A stretch of 26,920 nt of DNA from a virus (taxonomy: Duplodnaviria > Caudoviricetes): positions 1-26,920 of IMG/VR virus record IMGVR_UViG_3300037876_000057; one strand, given 5' to 3'. The notes below the pieces were generated by a model that searched no databases, was not told the DNA's origin, and was given only the letters and a program-made list of their open reading frames with translations. The number at the start of each line of letters is the position of its first letter. Position 1 is the stretch's first letter. Below, piece after piece: positions 15,977 through 25,990 of the stretch. The translations under genes and the position numbers were made by a program.

Positions 15977-16246
15977 ATGGTAGAACTTAATCATAATGTT
16001 GCTAATGTTAACTCTGATGGTGTAGTAAAAGGAGGTCACGGAGTTATTGTAGGAGTTAAAGTAACAAAAGCAGGTTCTAGTGGATCTAAAATAGAATTAA
16101 AAAACGGTGTTGTCAGTGGTGCACCAGTTGAATTTACTGTATATGCAGAATCAACTCAAGATTTAGGTAATATAAATAGACGTTTTGAAGCAGGTATTTA
16201 TGCTGATATCACAGGCGATGCAGAGTATTTAATAATATTTAAATAG
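15977..16246 (+). CDS. Small beta-rich putative virion protein
   Basis: RFEAGIYADI motif; position in the head-neck region; TATA 29 nt upstream. Confidence 0.55.
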   Translation: MVELNHNVANVNSDGVVKGGHGVIVGVKVTKAGSSGSKIELKNGVVSGAPVEFTVYAESTQDLGNINRRFEAGIYADITGDAEYLIIFK

Positions 16247-16266
16247 AAAGCAACAGTTATATATTC

Positions 16267-16890
16267 ATGGCAGTAACATATTGTACAGTCGCTGATGTCT
16301 CCGATTTTTTACGTGTTCCAATCACTGCTACTACTACTCCAAATAAGACTCAAGTTGAAAAGATTATAAATCGAAAGGAAGAGGAGTTAGACAGACGTAT
16401 AGGTCATACGTTTGGAAGAAATAAAACAGCATCAAGAGAAGTTCACGATTTACCATTATTATACACTTATGGATGGGGTACACCACTTTTCCTTAAACAT
16501 AGAAATTGTAGAGATTTAGATCCAGCATTGGGTGACAAGATAGAGGTATGGGAAGGTGCAGGTAGTACTTATACTGATATTCTAGGTAACTCACAATGGT
16601 ATGACTTTGAACCAGTTTATGGTAAACTATTCCTTAGAGGTTATATATTTACAATTATTAGAAAACATAGATGTAGAATTACATATCGTTATGGTGATGA
16701 TACAGTTCCATTAGATGTAGCAGATGCATGTATTAAACTTACAGCAATAGATCTATTGAATTCTAGTTTCAGAATGGATATACTTCCAACTGGTGGAAAT
16801 GGTGTAGATATGGGTGCTTCTAAATCTGATTGGAGAATTGATATAGAGAATTGTATAGATAATAGACAAGAAGTATTCTTTATACCATAA
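16267..16890 (+). CDS. Head-tail adaptor (SPP1 gp15/HK97 gp6-like)
   Basis: YCTVADV N-terminus, EEELDRRIG, ITYRYG..VPLDVADACIKL. Confidence 0.8.
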   Translation: MAVTYCTVADVSDFLRVPITATTTPNKTQVEKIINRKEEELDRRIGHTFGRNKTASREVHDLPLLYTYGWGTPLFLKHRNCRDLDPALGDKIEVWEGAGSTYTDILGNSQWYDFEPVYGKLFLRGYIFTIIRKHRCRITYRYGDDTVPLDVADACIKLTAIDLLNSSFRMDILPTGGNGVDMGASKSDWRIDIENCIDNRQEVFFIP

Positions 16891-16894
16891 TGAT

Positions 16895-18211
16895 ATGCCA
16901 TCTAAACAAGCAAAATATGTTCCAAATCTATCAGAAATAGAACAAACCGCTAAAAATACATTCACAAATAAAAGAAGTGCTGTAGATGCAATGGTTCATC
17001 AATTAGTTGCTAGAACTAATGGTGATATATATTTAAAATTTAGAGAATTAGGAATGGATTATGTACCATTTAAATTAGTGTATAATTCTCGTCCTGTATT
17101 AAGAGAATTAAAAAAAGTAAATGATACATGGTATAAGAAGTTTAGGACAGCACGTTCAATACGTTTAGAGATAGATCATAAATTCACAAAAGCATATTTT
17201 CAAAAAAAAATAACATTTGAAAGTTGGTTATCAAGTAAATATCCTGAAGTGTCAAAAATACATTATTTTCATATTAGAAATATGGGTGAGGAACACCCAA
17301 ATATATCTAAATATATAGCAGAATTTAATAGAGAAGTACCTGTTGAAAAACAACATCCTAAACTTCAAAGTGATCATAACAAGGCTTCTATTTTAGCAGC
17401 ACATATTACAGAAAAACGTGCCGAAACAGTACAGGAGTATAGAATCTTTAAATCATTTACTGGTGAACAGTTATCAAAGTTTCTAGAGAATGAAAAATAT
17501 ATATTTTCAGGTCAATTATTAAATAAAAAAGCAGAACCTAACATGGCAAAATTCTTCAAGGCAGATACAAATACATCTGATATAATAAATAAAGTATTAA
17601 AAGAAGTTCTAACTAAATTCAATGATGATTTTCTAGAATTTGATTTGAATAATATATTAGAAAGTAAACATATGAAGGAAAAATATACTGAATATAATTC
17701 ACCTAGAAGTGAACAGCATCAGAAATGGTTAGAAGAATTACCTGAAATTGAAGCACAGTGGAAAGTGAAACCCAAATTTCCAAATATTAAAAATATAAGG
17801 ACATGGTTTCTTAAAACAGGATTGTTTAAATCATATAGATTTAATGATTTTCAAAACATAAAAACAGTTAAAGGAAGAAAGAGTTTCATAGACAGTTCTA
17901 TATTTCTTATAGCAAATGGTATTTACACTAGAAAATTAGGACAAAAAACATTCAAATATACAAGAGACCCAGAAACACCAAATGCATCATTTCGTAAATA
18001 TAGGGAAACTGCTGGGGCTAAGATTAAAGCATCTACCATGATGAGACGTTCAAAGTTAGATATACGTTCTAGAAGAAGAAAGGATAAATATGATAATTGG
18101 GATAAAGAGATAGAACGTATTTCAAGAGGTTGGAATAATAGAGGTACTAAATACTCTAGAATAAGACGAACCAGTGGAAATACTCGTAAACCAAGGAAAG
18201 ATCCACGGTAA
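16895..18211 (+). CDS. Large basic protein, possibly an extended HK97 gp10-like tail completion protein
   Basis: Neck position; FPNIKNIRTWF...FLIANGIYTRK; Lys/Arg-rich C-terminus. Confidence 0.45.
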   Translation: MPSKQAKYVPNLSEIEQTAKNTFTNKRSAVDAMVHQLVARTNGDIYLKFRELGMDYVPFKLVYNSRPVLRELKKVNDTWYKKFRTARSIRLEIDHKFTKAYFQKKITFESWLSSKYPEVSKIHYFHIRNMGEEHPNISKYIAEFNREVPVEKQHPKLQSDHNKASILAAHITEKRAETVQEYRIFKSFTGEQLSKFLENEKYIFSGQLLNKKAEPNMAKFFKADTNTSDIINKVLKEVLTKFNDDFLEFDLNNILESKHMKEKYTEYNSPRSEQHQKWLEELPEIEAQWKVKPKFPNIKNIRTWFLKTGLFKSYRFNDFQNIKTVKGRKSFIDSSIFLIANGIYTRKLGQKTFKYTRDPETPNASFRKYRETAGAKIKASTMMRRSKLDIRSRRRKDKYDNWDKEIERISRGWNNRGTKYSRIRRTSGNTRKPRKDPR

Positions 18212-18242
18212 ATTTAATAAGTAACATACTATTATATAAATC

Positions 18243-18659
18243 ATGGGTGCTTCAAATCTATATGCAACAGTATCTGATACCAAATCACTGTTAGCCGATA
18301 ATTGGACTATTGGAAACTTACCAGATGTAAGTTTTATGTGGGATGAAAGATCAACTGGTTTTATGGATGATAGGAGAGATTTTATACTTTTAACTCCAAC
18401 AAACGAGGATGCTCAATATTTTAGTCTTCACGGTGAGGATTTTTTACACTATATAAATGTTAAAATTGATGTACATACATTCCAGAATCTAGAATATCAT
18501 GAGAATGTGGTTAATGAGGTATTTCGAATAGTAAAAGCAAATATAAGAAGAACAAATTATGTTGACCTTGTGATTGCTTCATCATATCATGAAAATGATA
18601 TGTTTAGAAATATATTTAGGCATACCATAATAGTCAGATATAGAAAATTGAATCCATAG
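18243..18659 (+). CDS. Putative tail terminator
   Basis: 138 aa immediately upstream of the tail tube; VKIDVHT strand pattern. Confidence 0.6.
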   Translation: MGASNLYATVSDTKSLLADNWTIGNLPDVSFMWDERSTGFMDDRRDFILLTPTNEDAQYFSLHGEDFLHYINVKIDVHTFQNLEYHENVVNEVFRIVKANIRRTNYVDLVIASSYHENDMFRNIFRHTIIVRYRKLNP

Positions 18660-18694
18660 ATAAACTTTATAAGTCATAATTATAATATAAATTC

Positions 18695-19675
18695 ATGGTT
18701 AGAACTGGTGCTCATGCATATGTAAAATATGATTTCGAGACTTCATATGGTGCTGGAGGAACTGCAAATAAGAAATTTGGTCTACAAGACAAATTATCCA
18801 GTCTATCATTAACTAATAATAGAACCAATTTATCACAATTAAATCAGAATACTATTCATAAATTCGCTTACGGTCAACAACAAGGAACTGCCTCAATGGG
18901 ATTTACACTTTCAAATCCTTGGATATTTGGAGCAATTTTAGGTGCACCAGCACCATCAGGTTCATCACCTAACTATATTTATACTTATGGAGCAACAGCA
19001 AATCTTAAAACTCCACGAACTATTCGTATGGAAGTTGGTATTGATGGAGTTTCAGCAGATGTTGTTAGAACATTAAAAGGTGGCTTAGTAAATAATATTT
19101 CATTATCAGCCGCAGTTGGTGGAATGGTTGAAGGTACAGCGGATATTACTTATGGACAAGAAACAGCACCATCATCATCATTAGGTACAGCCCCTTCAGA
19201 ACCATCACAAGAATTTCCTTATACTTTTGCACATGCAGAATTAACATTAAATGATACAGTGGTTGCACAATGTCAAGATGTAAATCTATCCATTGCACAA
19301 AACAGTGAATTATTATACAGATTAGGATCACATTCTGCAACTGATTCATACAGAAGAGTTTTAGATATTACAGGTTCATTTAGAGCATCCTTCATTAACA
19401 AAGATTTATTAGAAAAACTACTTGCACAAATCAAAGCAGATAGTTCTACAACTTATCAAGAAGAAGTAGATGCTTCTGGAGCAACAGCAAAATTCAAATT
19501 AACATTCATTCAAAGTTCTACTAACCAAGAAATTGTTATAAATATGACAGGTCTATCAATATCTGACTTGGCAATATCTGGACTAGAACCAGTAGAACCA
19601 ATATTTGAAGAGATTAACTGGCAAGTTAAAACTATACAAGTTGTTGCAAAATCAACAGCAGCCACAGAGCCATAA
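18695..19675 (+). CDS. Major tail tube protein
   Basis: ETSYG N-terminal motif, LDITGSFRASF; precedes chaperone and tape measure. Confidence 0.8.
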   Translation: MVRTGAHAYVKYDFETSYGAGGTANKKFGLQDKLSSLSLTNNRTNLSQLNQNTIHKFAYGQQQGTASMGFTLSNPWIFGAILGAPAPSGSSPNYIYTYGATANLKTPRTIRMEVGIDGVSADVVRTLKGGLVNNISLSAAVGGMVEGTADITYGQETAPSSSLGTAPSEPSQEFPYTFAHAELTLNDTVVAQCQDVNLSIAQNSELLYRLGSHSATDSYRRVLDITGSFRASFINKDLLEKLLAQIKADSSTTYQEEVDASGATAKFKLTFIQSSTNQEIVINMTGLSISDLAISGLEPVEPIFEEINWQVKTIQVVAKSTAATEP

Positions 19676-19713
19676 TCATAAGTCTTTTATACTATAAATT
19701 ATAAACATTTATA

Positions 19714-20109
19714 TTGGCAACCAAGTCATTTAAAATAGATTGGAAAGATACTAAAGAATCAGTAGAATATGAAGATGATATTACATTTGGTGAATTAGAA
19801 AATATATTAAATAAATGTCTTGATATGACAGATGTTAGTAAACCAAAGGTTAATATTCCATTATACAGACAAATGATTTTAACAGCAGTTATAACAAAAG
19901 CACCTTTTCAGATAAAAGAGATTGCAGAAATTAGAAATCTTAAATCTAGTGTAGCAAAAGTAATCATGAAGGAGGTCATGAAAGACTACCCTTTAGCAAA
20001 ATATCTGGAAGAATGGGTGGAGACTTTCGTGGGGGAGATGGAGCAAGAAACAACTCCTCAATTTACTACTTCTTCGCAAGGGAATTCGGTTGGACAAAAC
20101 ATCAAGTAG
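19714..20109 (+). CDS. Tail assembly chaperone (gpG-like)
   Basis: Between tail tube and tape measure; TTG start with TATA 29 nt upstream. Confidence 0.75.
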   Translation: MATKSFKIDWKDTKESVEYEDDITFGELENILNKCLDMTDVSKPKVNIPLYRQMILTAVITKAPFQIKEIAEIRNLKSSVAKVIMKEVMKDYPLAKYLEEWVETFVGEMEQETTPQFTTSSQGNSVGQNIK

Positions 20110-20201
20110 ATGACCAACATATAGGGTATCTTAACGGAATCATATATGAATATCAAGAAGAAGCACGCAAAGATAGAATAAATTTAAATAGACGTAAGTA
20201 A
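20031..20201 (+). CDS. -1 frameshift extension of the tail chaperone (gpGT-like)
   Basis: Overlapping -1 frame encodes YFFAREFGWTKHQVDD; candidate slippery G GGG GAG at 20031-20037. Confidence 0.65.
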   Translation, partial: GGDGARNNSSIYYFFAREFGWTKHQVDDQHIGYLNGIIYEYQEEARKDRINLNRRK

Positions 20202-20211
20202 TAAGATTTAT

Positions 20212-22191
20212 ATGTCAGCAGTTCCTCAAGATGATGATTTTAATATTGAGATAGGTATCAAGAATCTTCAGCAGGCTATGAAGGATATATCTAAAACTGT
20301 CAATGATAGTTTAACTGCTGGTGTTGATAGAAAGACATTAAAGTATACAGAGTTTCTTAAAAGACAATCAATAATGGATAAACAAAGAAATCAGTTTTTA
20401 GAAAAACGCTATAAATTAATGAATAATGCACGTTCAATGGAATTATTAACACGTAGTACTGGTAGTGGAATGATGGGTGGGGCAATGAATTTTATGTCAG
20501 GAATGGGAAATGCAAAGATGGGGGATTTACAAAGACTAAAAGAGTTAAAAGGTGAAGAGAGATCAAAAATATTAGATCCTATTGAAGCAAAAGAAAGAAA
20601 TAAATTACAAGGAATGAAATCTATCAGTATATTAGAAAATATATCTGACAGACTTGATGATACTTTTGGTGGAACATCTAAATGGAATAAAATGTTTGGT
20701 GGTCATGGTAAAATGGCAGCAGGAGCAATGGGTGTAGGTGCTGTAGGTGGAGGAATATCATTGGCAAAAATGGTAATAGATAGTTCACCAGCATTTCAAC
20801 AGTTGCTTAAACTCACAAAGTTTGCAACTACTCTTATTCTCAGACCTATAGGAGATTTCTTTGGATTCGTATTCAGACCAATACTTATATTATTACTTCG
20901 AAAATTTATTATACCATTCTATCAAAAGGTATATCCTTGGTTTATTAGAAATGGTAAGATTTTAGGAGAGTTACTTACATCATTTGATGGATTTGGTGAT
21001 GCAATAGGAACTGCATTTACATCAAGTTTAAAAGTACATTTAGCAGAATTTGAAACAATGTTTGCAAAATTCTTCCCAAAGTTAAAAGTAGAAGATATAC
21101 CAAAACCAGAAGATCCTGCAAAACAAAATGTTATTGCTTCAAAGAAGATGGATGAATTGGTTGAAGTTACTAAAAAAGCATTACCAGATCCTAACATTCA
21201 TGGGGTTCTTGCTAAACTAACAACAAAACAAGTAATAGCAAACACAAAAGTACCAGCATTAGAAGATAAAACAAAAAAAGTTATGAAAAAATTACCTGTA
21301 AAATCAAAAACAATGGATTGGACTGATGGTGGTAAAGCACTTAAAACAGGTGCTAAAGTTGCTGCTGATTCTGCAAAGGCAGCAACAACTGCATCAAAAG
21401 TTACAAGTGGGGCATTAAAAACATTAAAAATATTAGACAGAGTAGCTGGGCTACCAGCAGAGATTGCAATAAAAGCAATAAAAGGAACTACACAAATAGT
21501 TGGTGGTGCATTGAAAACATCTATAGGAACAGCAGATAAATTAATTACAGGTGGTGTAGGAGGGAAGGTTGCAAAGACTGCAACAAAACCAGCAGTTGAA
21601 GCAATAGGTAAAGTGTCAGGAGTAATTGCTGCAAAATTAGCAGGAAAGACAGCATCCAAATTTATACCAATAGTTGGACAAGTATTAACTGCAATAGATG
21701 CAGCAGGATCTATTATGAAGCAATATGCACCAGATCAATACGAAGGAATACATTCAGGTGGTGTAGGTTTAATGAAAGGTGTTGTAGGCGAAGATATAGC
21801 AGAAGGAGTAATGGATTTTATTGGATTCGGTAAACAGTCTACAGCAGAACAACTTGTAGGATTAGCAGGAGCAGGAGCAGATTTAGTTACAGGTAAGAAA
21901 AGAGAAGAAAATGAAGGTGCGTTTGGATGGGGAGGAGGATTTTTTGGATTGGCACAAGGAGGAATTATAAGAGAACCAATTAAAGGTATAGGTAAATCAG
22001 GTCAAAAATATATGCTTGGTGAAAGTGGGTCAGAAGCAGTAATACCTATGAATAAGATGGGTGGTAATTCAGGAACAACAATTAATATAACAGTAAATGG
22101 TAGTATATATTCAGATAAAGATATGCTTAAATTCCAGAGAACTATAATGAGAGCCATAGAATCAAGTAATACGAGGAAAGCAAGACTATGA
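20212..22191 (+). CDS. Tape measure protein
   Basis: Ala/Gly-rich helical sequence, KFIPIVG, C-terminal AQGGII...LGESGSEAVIPM. Confidence 0.85.
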   Translation: MSAVPQDDDFNIEIGIKNLQQAMKDISKTVNDSLTAGVDRKTLKYTEFLKRQSIMDKQRNQFLEKRYKLMNNARSMELLTRSTGSGMMGGAMNFMSGMGNAKMGDLQRLKELKGEERSKILDPIEAKERNKLQGMKSISILENISDRLDDTFGGTSKWNKMFGGHGKMAAGAMGVGAVGGGISLAKMVIDSSPAFQQLLKLTKFATTLILRPIGDFFGFVFRPILILLLRKFIIPFYQKVYPWFIRNGKILGELLTSFDGFGDAIGTAFTSSLKVHLAEFETMFAKFFPKLKVEDIPKPEDPAKQNVIASKKMDELVEVTKKALPDPNIHGVLAKLTTKQVIANTKVPALEDKTKKVMKKLPVKSKTMDWTDGGKALKTGAKVAADSAKAATTASKVTSGALKTLKILDRVAGLPAEIAIKAIKGTTQIVGGALKTSIGTADKLITGGVGGKVAKTATKPAVEAIGKVSGVIAAKLAGKTASKFIPIVGQVLTAIDAAGSIMKQYAPDQYEGIHSGGVGLMKGVVGEDIAEGVMDFIGFGKQSTAEQLVGLAGAGADLVTGKKREENEGAFGWGGGFFGLAQGGIIREPIKGIGKSGQKYMLGESGSEAVIPMNKMGGNSGTTINITVNGSIYSDKDMLKFQRTIMRAIESSNTRKARL

Positions 22192-23198
22192 CATTAAAAT
22201 TACAATTATTTAAAATACATCCACAATCATATACATCTAATACAAGTGTTGCAACTACCCAATATATGATAGAAAGATTTGAAACTACAGCATTTGAGTC
22301 ATTAAACATAAATTTATCTTCACCAATATCACCAATGCCATTACCAGAAGATACAGCAGATTCTAATCTATTGGTAAAAATGGAAGGTAATACAAAACAG
22401 ATTAGATTTTCATGTAAATTTGATTCTAATTTAATAACATTGGCTCAGAATACAACCCCATTTGTAGAATCTAAATTAAAATATAGAGGAACAAATATTA
22501 ATGTTGATGAAAACACAGATGGAACTATAATATATGAAGATAATTCAGAAACTAACAATGTTGCATTGGTTGCATTATTTACTGAAAAATTTGAATCCAG
22601 ATCAATTACAGATTCATTTTATTTCAGAGTATATGATACCACTTCAACAGCAGATAATAAAGCATTATTTGAGGGAACTGGATCTATAACATCCATAGAT
22701 ACATCAGTAGACTCAAGTTCACCTGTAGTTTGGACAGTAAACATTGATTTTATAGTAGGTGATGTAATATCAATTTATGATGCAGATACACCTGATGAAG
22801 TTGACAGTCTGGAAATAACATCTTCTGCCTCTGGAGAATTACAATTTGTATGGAAAGATCCAACAAGGGTAGGTGGTACAGCCGTAACATCATTTATGTT
22901 AGAGTGGCAAAATAATGATACTAATGATAAACAATATGAAACACTTGATTATACAGAATCACGGGTTGTAGCAGAAGGAGTATTTGATTCAGCAACTGGT
23001 AAATATACTAGGGTTATATCAGGGTCAACATCGGCAGGGGTTAGAGTAAATTTTACAACAATAATACCTACTGTAGGAGCAGGAGTGGATGCTGGATATG
23101 TAGTGGATTCTGGAACAAGATATACCTGTTATGTTACTGCACGTAATACTGGAGGATCAGGAGTTAAATCTGACAGTATTATCGTGAAGGCACAGTAG
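22188..23198 (+). CDS. Distal tail-like protein with C-terminal fibronectin type III domain
   Basis: Follows the TMP (ATGA overlap). FN3 pattern WKDP..VGGTAVTSF...GTRYTCYVTARNTGGSGVKS. Confidence 0.7.
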   Translation: MTLKLQLFKIHPQSYTSNTSVATTQYMIERFETTAFESLNINLSSPISPMPLPEDTADSNLLVKMEGNTKQIRFSCKFDSNLITLAQNTTPFVESKLKYRGTNINVDENTDGTIIYEDNSETNNVALVALFTEKFESRSITDSFYFRVYDTTSTADNKALFEGTGSITSIDTSVDSSSPVVWTVNIDFIVGDVISIYDADTPDEVDSLEITSSASGELQFVWKDPTRVGGTAVTSFMLEWQNNDTNDKQYETLDYTESRVVAEGVFDSATGKYTRVISGSTSAGVRVNFTTIIPTVGAGVDAGYVVDSGTRYTCYVTARNTGGSGVKSDSIIVKAQ

Positions 23199-23207
23199 GT
23201 GTAACAG

Positions 23208-25109
23208 TTGAAATCTAATGTTAAATTATTAAAAACAGATGCAGTTACTGGTAAAGTATCTGAGATAGATGTTAACCATGCAGAAATATCACGAGATGGT
23301 TTAAGAGCAGTGGATTCTGGAGTATTTACATTCACATCAAAATTAGATATAAATATAGGTGATGAGATTAAATATATTCAAGATGTTGCAAACACCAAAC
23401 ATCTCCGTGGGGCATATTTGTTTCAGGGAACTGTGTTAGATGAAAGTGGATATAATGTAGATCCAGTGGATCAAACACATTCAACTATATCAGGTTATAC
23501 AAATTATGAAGGATTAGATTATTCATTAAATACAATACCCAATCATAAGTTTAGAGGAATGTATGAAGGAACAGTATTATCTAGTGGTAAAGGTGCAATA
23601 CTTGAAAATAAACTACAAGAGGACGGAACTACACCTGTTCATGATTTTTCTGGTGATTTTGAAATATATGCTTGGGTAACTACTCCATCATCAGGAACTG
23701 CTGGTGTAATATATTCTAAAACTGATATTAATGATGTAGGAATAACATTAAAACTTAATAAATCTGGAAGTAATTTCTATCCAAGTTTTGATTTCAAGAA
23801 TAATTCAGGAGGAAGTTCTAAAAATGTAAGTACGTATGGAGTAAAAAATATAACATATAACTCAACAGCATTAATAAGAATACAACGTGTAGGGAATGAT
23901 TTTAATTTATATATGGTGGACGGAACAGAAAATACACCATTTAGTTCAGTAGATGGTAACTATCCATATAATCCATCATACCCTCATAGTGCAGGATCTT
24001 TTAATGTTCCATCACAAGCAACCATTGGATCTGATGCCTCTTCTTGGTCAGTAAATTCTGTTATTGGCACAGCAAATAAATTTGGAGGTGAATTACATCA
24101 ACTTAGAATATATTGTGGAGGTAATTTAGATCATCAAAGTGCATCACAAATATTCTCATCCAGACCAATACCATTAATCATGAAGTTAGCTGGTACTATA
24201 TGGAAGATAGAATCTAATTTGGATGAAAAGAAGGTATTTGTAAAAGGGTTTGGAAAAGTAATTACAGATACCTTAGTTAGTGAGACATTATTAACAACAG
24301 GAACAACAACTGGTGAATGGTATTCAGGGTCAGGTGCTAGAATATTAACAGCATTTACAAATGTATCCTCACAGGAGGTAGTAAGAGCAATAATAGCAAA
24401 ACTGAATACAAAATTATCTGGAACACAGACATTCAAACTAAGTGTTATTGACACAACTGGAACAAGTGCAAATATAAATACATATACTGCTGAAGGTAAT
24501 TTTCTTGAAATAATAAATCAATTAATGATGATAGGTACTGGAAATGCAAATCCTACATCATTCTATATATCACCAAGAGGTAAATGTATAATAGAAGTTA
24601 AAGACATTGATATGACTAACACGTTAACGTTCAAACATGGTAAATATCAAATTAGTCAAGACGGATTTGACGATACAAGTACGGTAAATGACTTGTATGT
24701 GTCAAGCCGTGCAGGTGGAAGTTTTGGTATAGTTCATGCAGATAACACAGTATCAATTAATAAAATAGGATTATATTCAAGGAGAATTTTAACACCACAA
24801 TTAACTGATGCAGCAGCAGTTACAATATTCAAAGATAATTTTATAGGAGAGTTTAACAGTATTAACACTAGATATACAATACAGTGTCCATTCTTGTTGG
24901 ATTTTATTAGAGAAAATTTTCAAGTAAAAGTGATAAATTCAATCAAATCATTAGATAAAAGTTCAACCATAAAATCTATAACTTGGACTTATCCTGAATC
25001 AAGAACAATAATAGAGACAGGTGATTTCTTACTTGATGGATTTGATTTAGAGAAAGTATCAGCAGATACCATAAACAATATAATCACAGATACTAACCTT
25101 AATCCATAG
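23208..25109 (+). CDS. Tail tip/baseplate hub protein with inserted LamG/concanavalin-like domain
   Basis: GDFEIYAWV...IYSK...TIG...FGGELHQLRIY inside a hub-like scaffold (FYISPRG, TVNDLYV). Confidence 0.65.
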   Translation: MKSNVKLLKTDAVTGKVSEIDVNHAEISRDGLRAVDSGVFTFTSKLDINIGDEIKYIQDVANTKHLRGAYLFQGTVLDESGYNVDPVDQTHSTISGYTNYEGLDYSLNTIPNHKFRGMYEGTVLSSGKGAILENKLQEDGTTPVHDFSGDFEIYAWVTTPSSGTAGVIYSKTDINDVGITLKLNKSGSNFYPSFDFKNNSGGSSKNVSTYGVKNITYNSTALIRIQRVGNDFNLYMVDGTENTPFSSVDGNYPYNPSYPHSAGSFNVPSQATIGSDASSWSVNSVIGTANKFGGELHQLRIYCGGNLDHQSASQIFSSRPIPLIMKLAGTIWKIESNLDEKKVFVKGFGKVITDTLVSETLLTTGTTTGEWYSGSGARILTAFTNVSSQEVVRAIIAKLNTKLSGTQTFKLSVIDTTGTSANINTYTAEGNFLEIINQLMMIGTGNANPTSFYISPRGKCIIEVKDIDMTNTLTFKHGKYQISQDGFDDTSTVNDLYVSSRAGGSFGIVHADNTVSINKIGLYSRRILTPQLTDAAAVTIFKDNFIGEFNSINTRYTIQCPFLLDFIRENFQVKVINSIKSLDKSSTIKSITWTYPESRTIIETGDFLLDGFDLEKVSADTINNIITDTNLNP

Positions 25110-25148
25110 TATAATAATCTTTAAATATATAAACTTTTAAGTGATATC

Positions 25149-25748
25149 ATGGTTACATTAGTAGAAGGATCACAATATGAAGTCCCAACTTCAATCGATC
25201 CAAAAAACAACATTTGTGTTGTAAAAACAAGCACAGATGGAACAAAACAATGGTTTTATGGAGCTAATATAGTAACTAACGATGGAGACATCTACTATGC
25301 AAAAAGAGCATGTGGAGAAAGCCCATCAACCAATGAAAACTTTGGAGCAATAGCAGCAGGAGCAGGAGCAACCTGTGTTTTAAACAACCCAGCAAGCTCA
25401 GACACTACAGCAAAAGCAGATGATTATGGTGAAGTAAACAATCCTATAGTCACTTCTGGAGCACAAAAAGACTGTACTACAGCATACCCAAAGACTAATG
25501 ACGGAGATGCAGATAACACTGGATCAGGTGTTGATGTAGTCACATACAAATTCTCATGGACTACCTCACAAATTGATACAAGTGCAGGCAACGCAATCAC
25601 AGGTGGTTGTATTGTTGACAAAGCAGCAACTCTAGCAGACGGTGTGAAAATCCTAACTCATTGGAACTTTAGTAGCCCAACTAGCTTCCATAAAACCAGT
25701 ACAGATACATTAACATTGTATGTTAATCACACAATGAATGGCGTATAG
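25149..25748 (+). CDS. Tail/baseplate structural protein
   Basis: NIVTNDG N-terminal and KTSTDTLTL C-terminal motifs typical of tail-tip proteins; TATA 29 nt upstream. Confidence 0.6.
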   Translation: MVTLVEGSQYEVPTSIDPKNNICVVKTSTDGTKQWFYGANIVTNDGDIYYAKRACGESPSTNENFGAIAAGAGATCVLNNPASSDTTAKADDYGEVNNPIVTSGAQKDCTTAYPKTNDGDADNTGSGVDVVTYKFSWTTSQIDTSAGNAITGGCIVDKAATLADGVKILTHWNFSSPTSFHKTSTDTLTLYVNHTMNGV

Positions 25749-25758
25749 TAATACATCA

Positions 25759-25781
25759 TTTTTTCTTTTTTTTTGCTTTTT
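25759..25781 (+). terminator. Oligo-T terminator
   Basis: Long T-rich run after the stop at 25748. Confidence 0.6.
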
Positions 25782-25831
25782 ACCCCTAATCTTAACGGAA
25801 TATTAATATACCATTAACCATTATGTTAAGC

Positions 25832-25990
25832 ATGTCTAAATTATCAATGAGTAAGATATTTAATTTATTAGAGAAACTTAACATGAAATTTCCTGACGGA
25901 AAAGGTGGACTTGATGACAAAGTCAGATTTGAGGAAAAATTAAGTTTTAAATTAACTAAAGGTAATGGGAAGGTAATTAGTGGTAAATAA
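25832..25990 (+). CDS. 52-aa hypothetical protein (not in ORF track; alternative start 25823)
   Basis: MSKLSMSKIFNLLEKLNMKFPDGKGG...; TAATG-coupled to the fibre gene. Confidence 0.6.
   Translation: MSKLSMSKIFNLLEKLNMKFPDGKGGLDDKVRFEEKLSFKLTKGNGKVISGK

Noticed and set aside
20013-20201. Independent 62-aa gene starting at ATG 20013
   Set aside because: No TATA box at -29; position and frame fit a gpGT-type frameshift extension better. Not fully excluded.
20922-21659. Minus-strand ORFs of 91 and 153 aa
   Set aside because: Antisense shadows of the tape measure gene. The same applies to 1052, 1395, 1487, 2148, 2539, 4982, 5489, 7025, 9286, 10717, 10981, 14574, 16689, 16753, 19146, 23129, 24134, 25424, 25792 and 26634.
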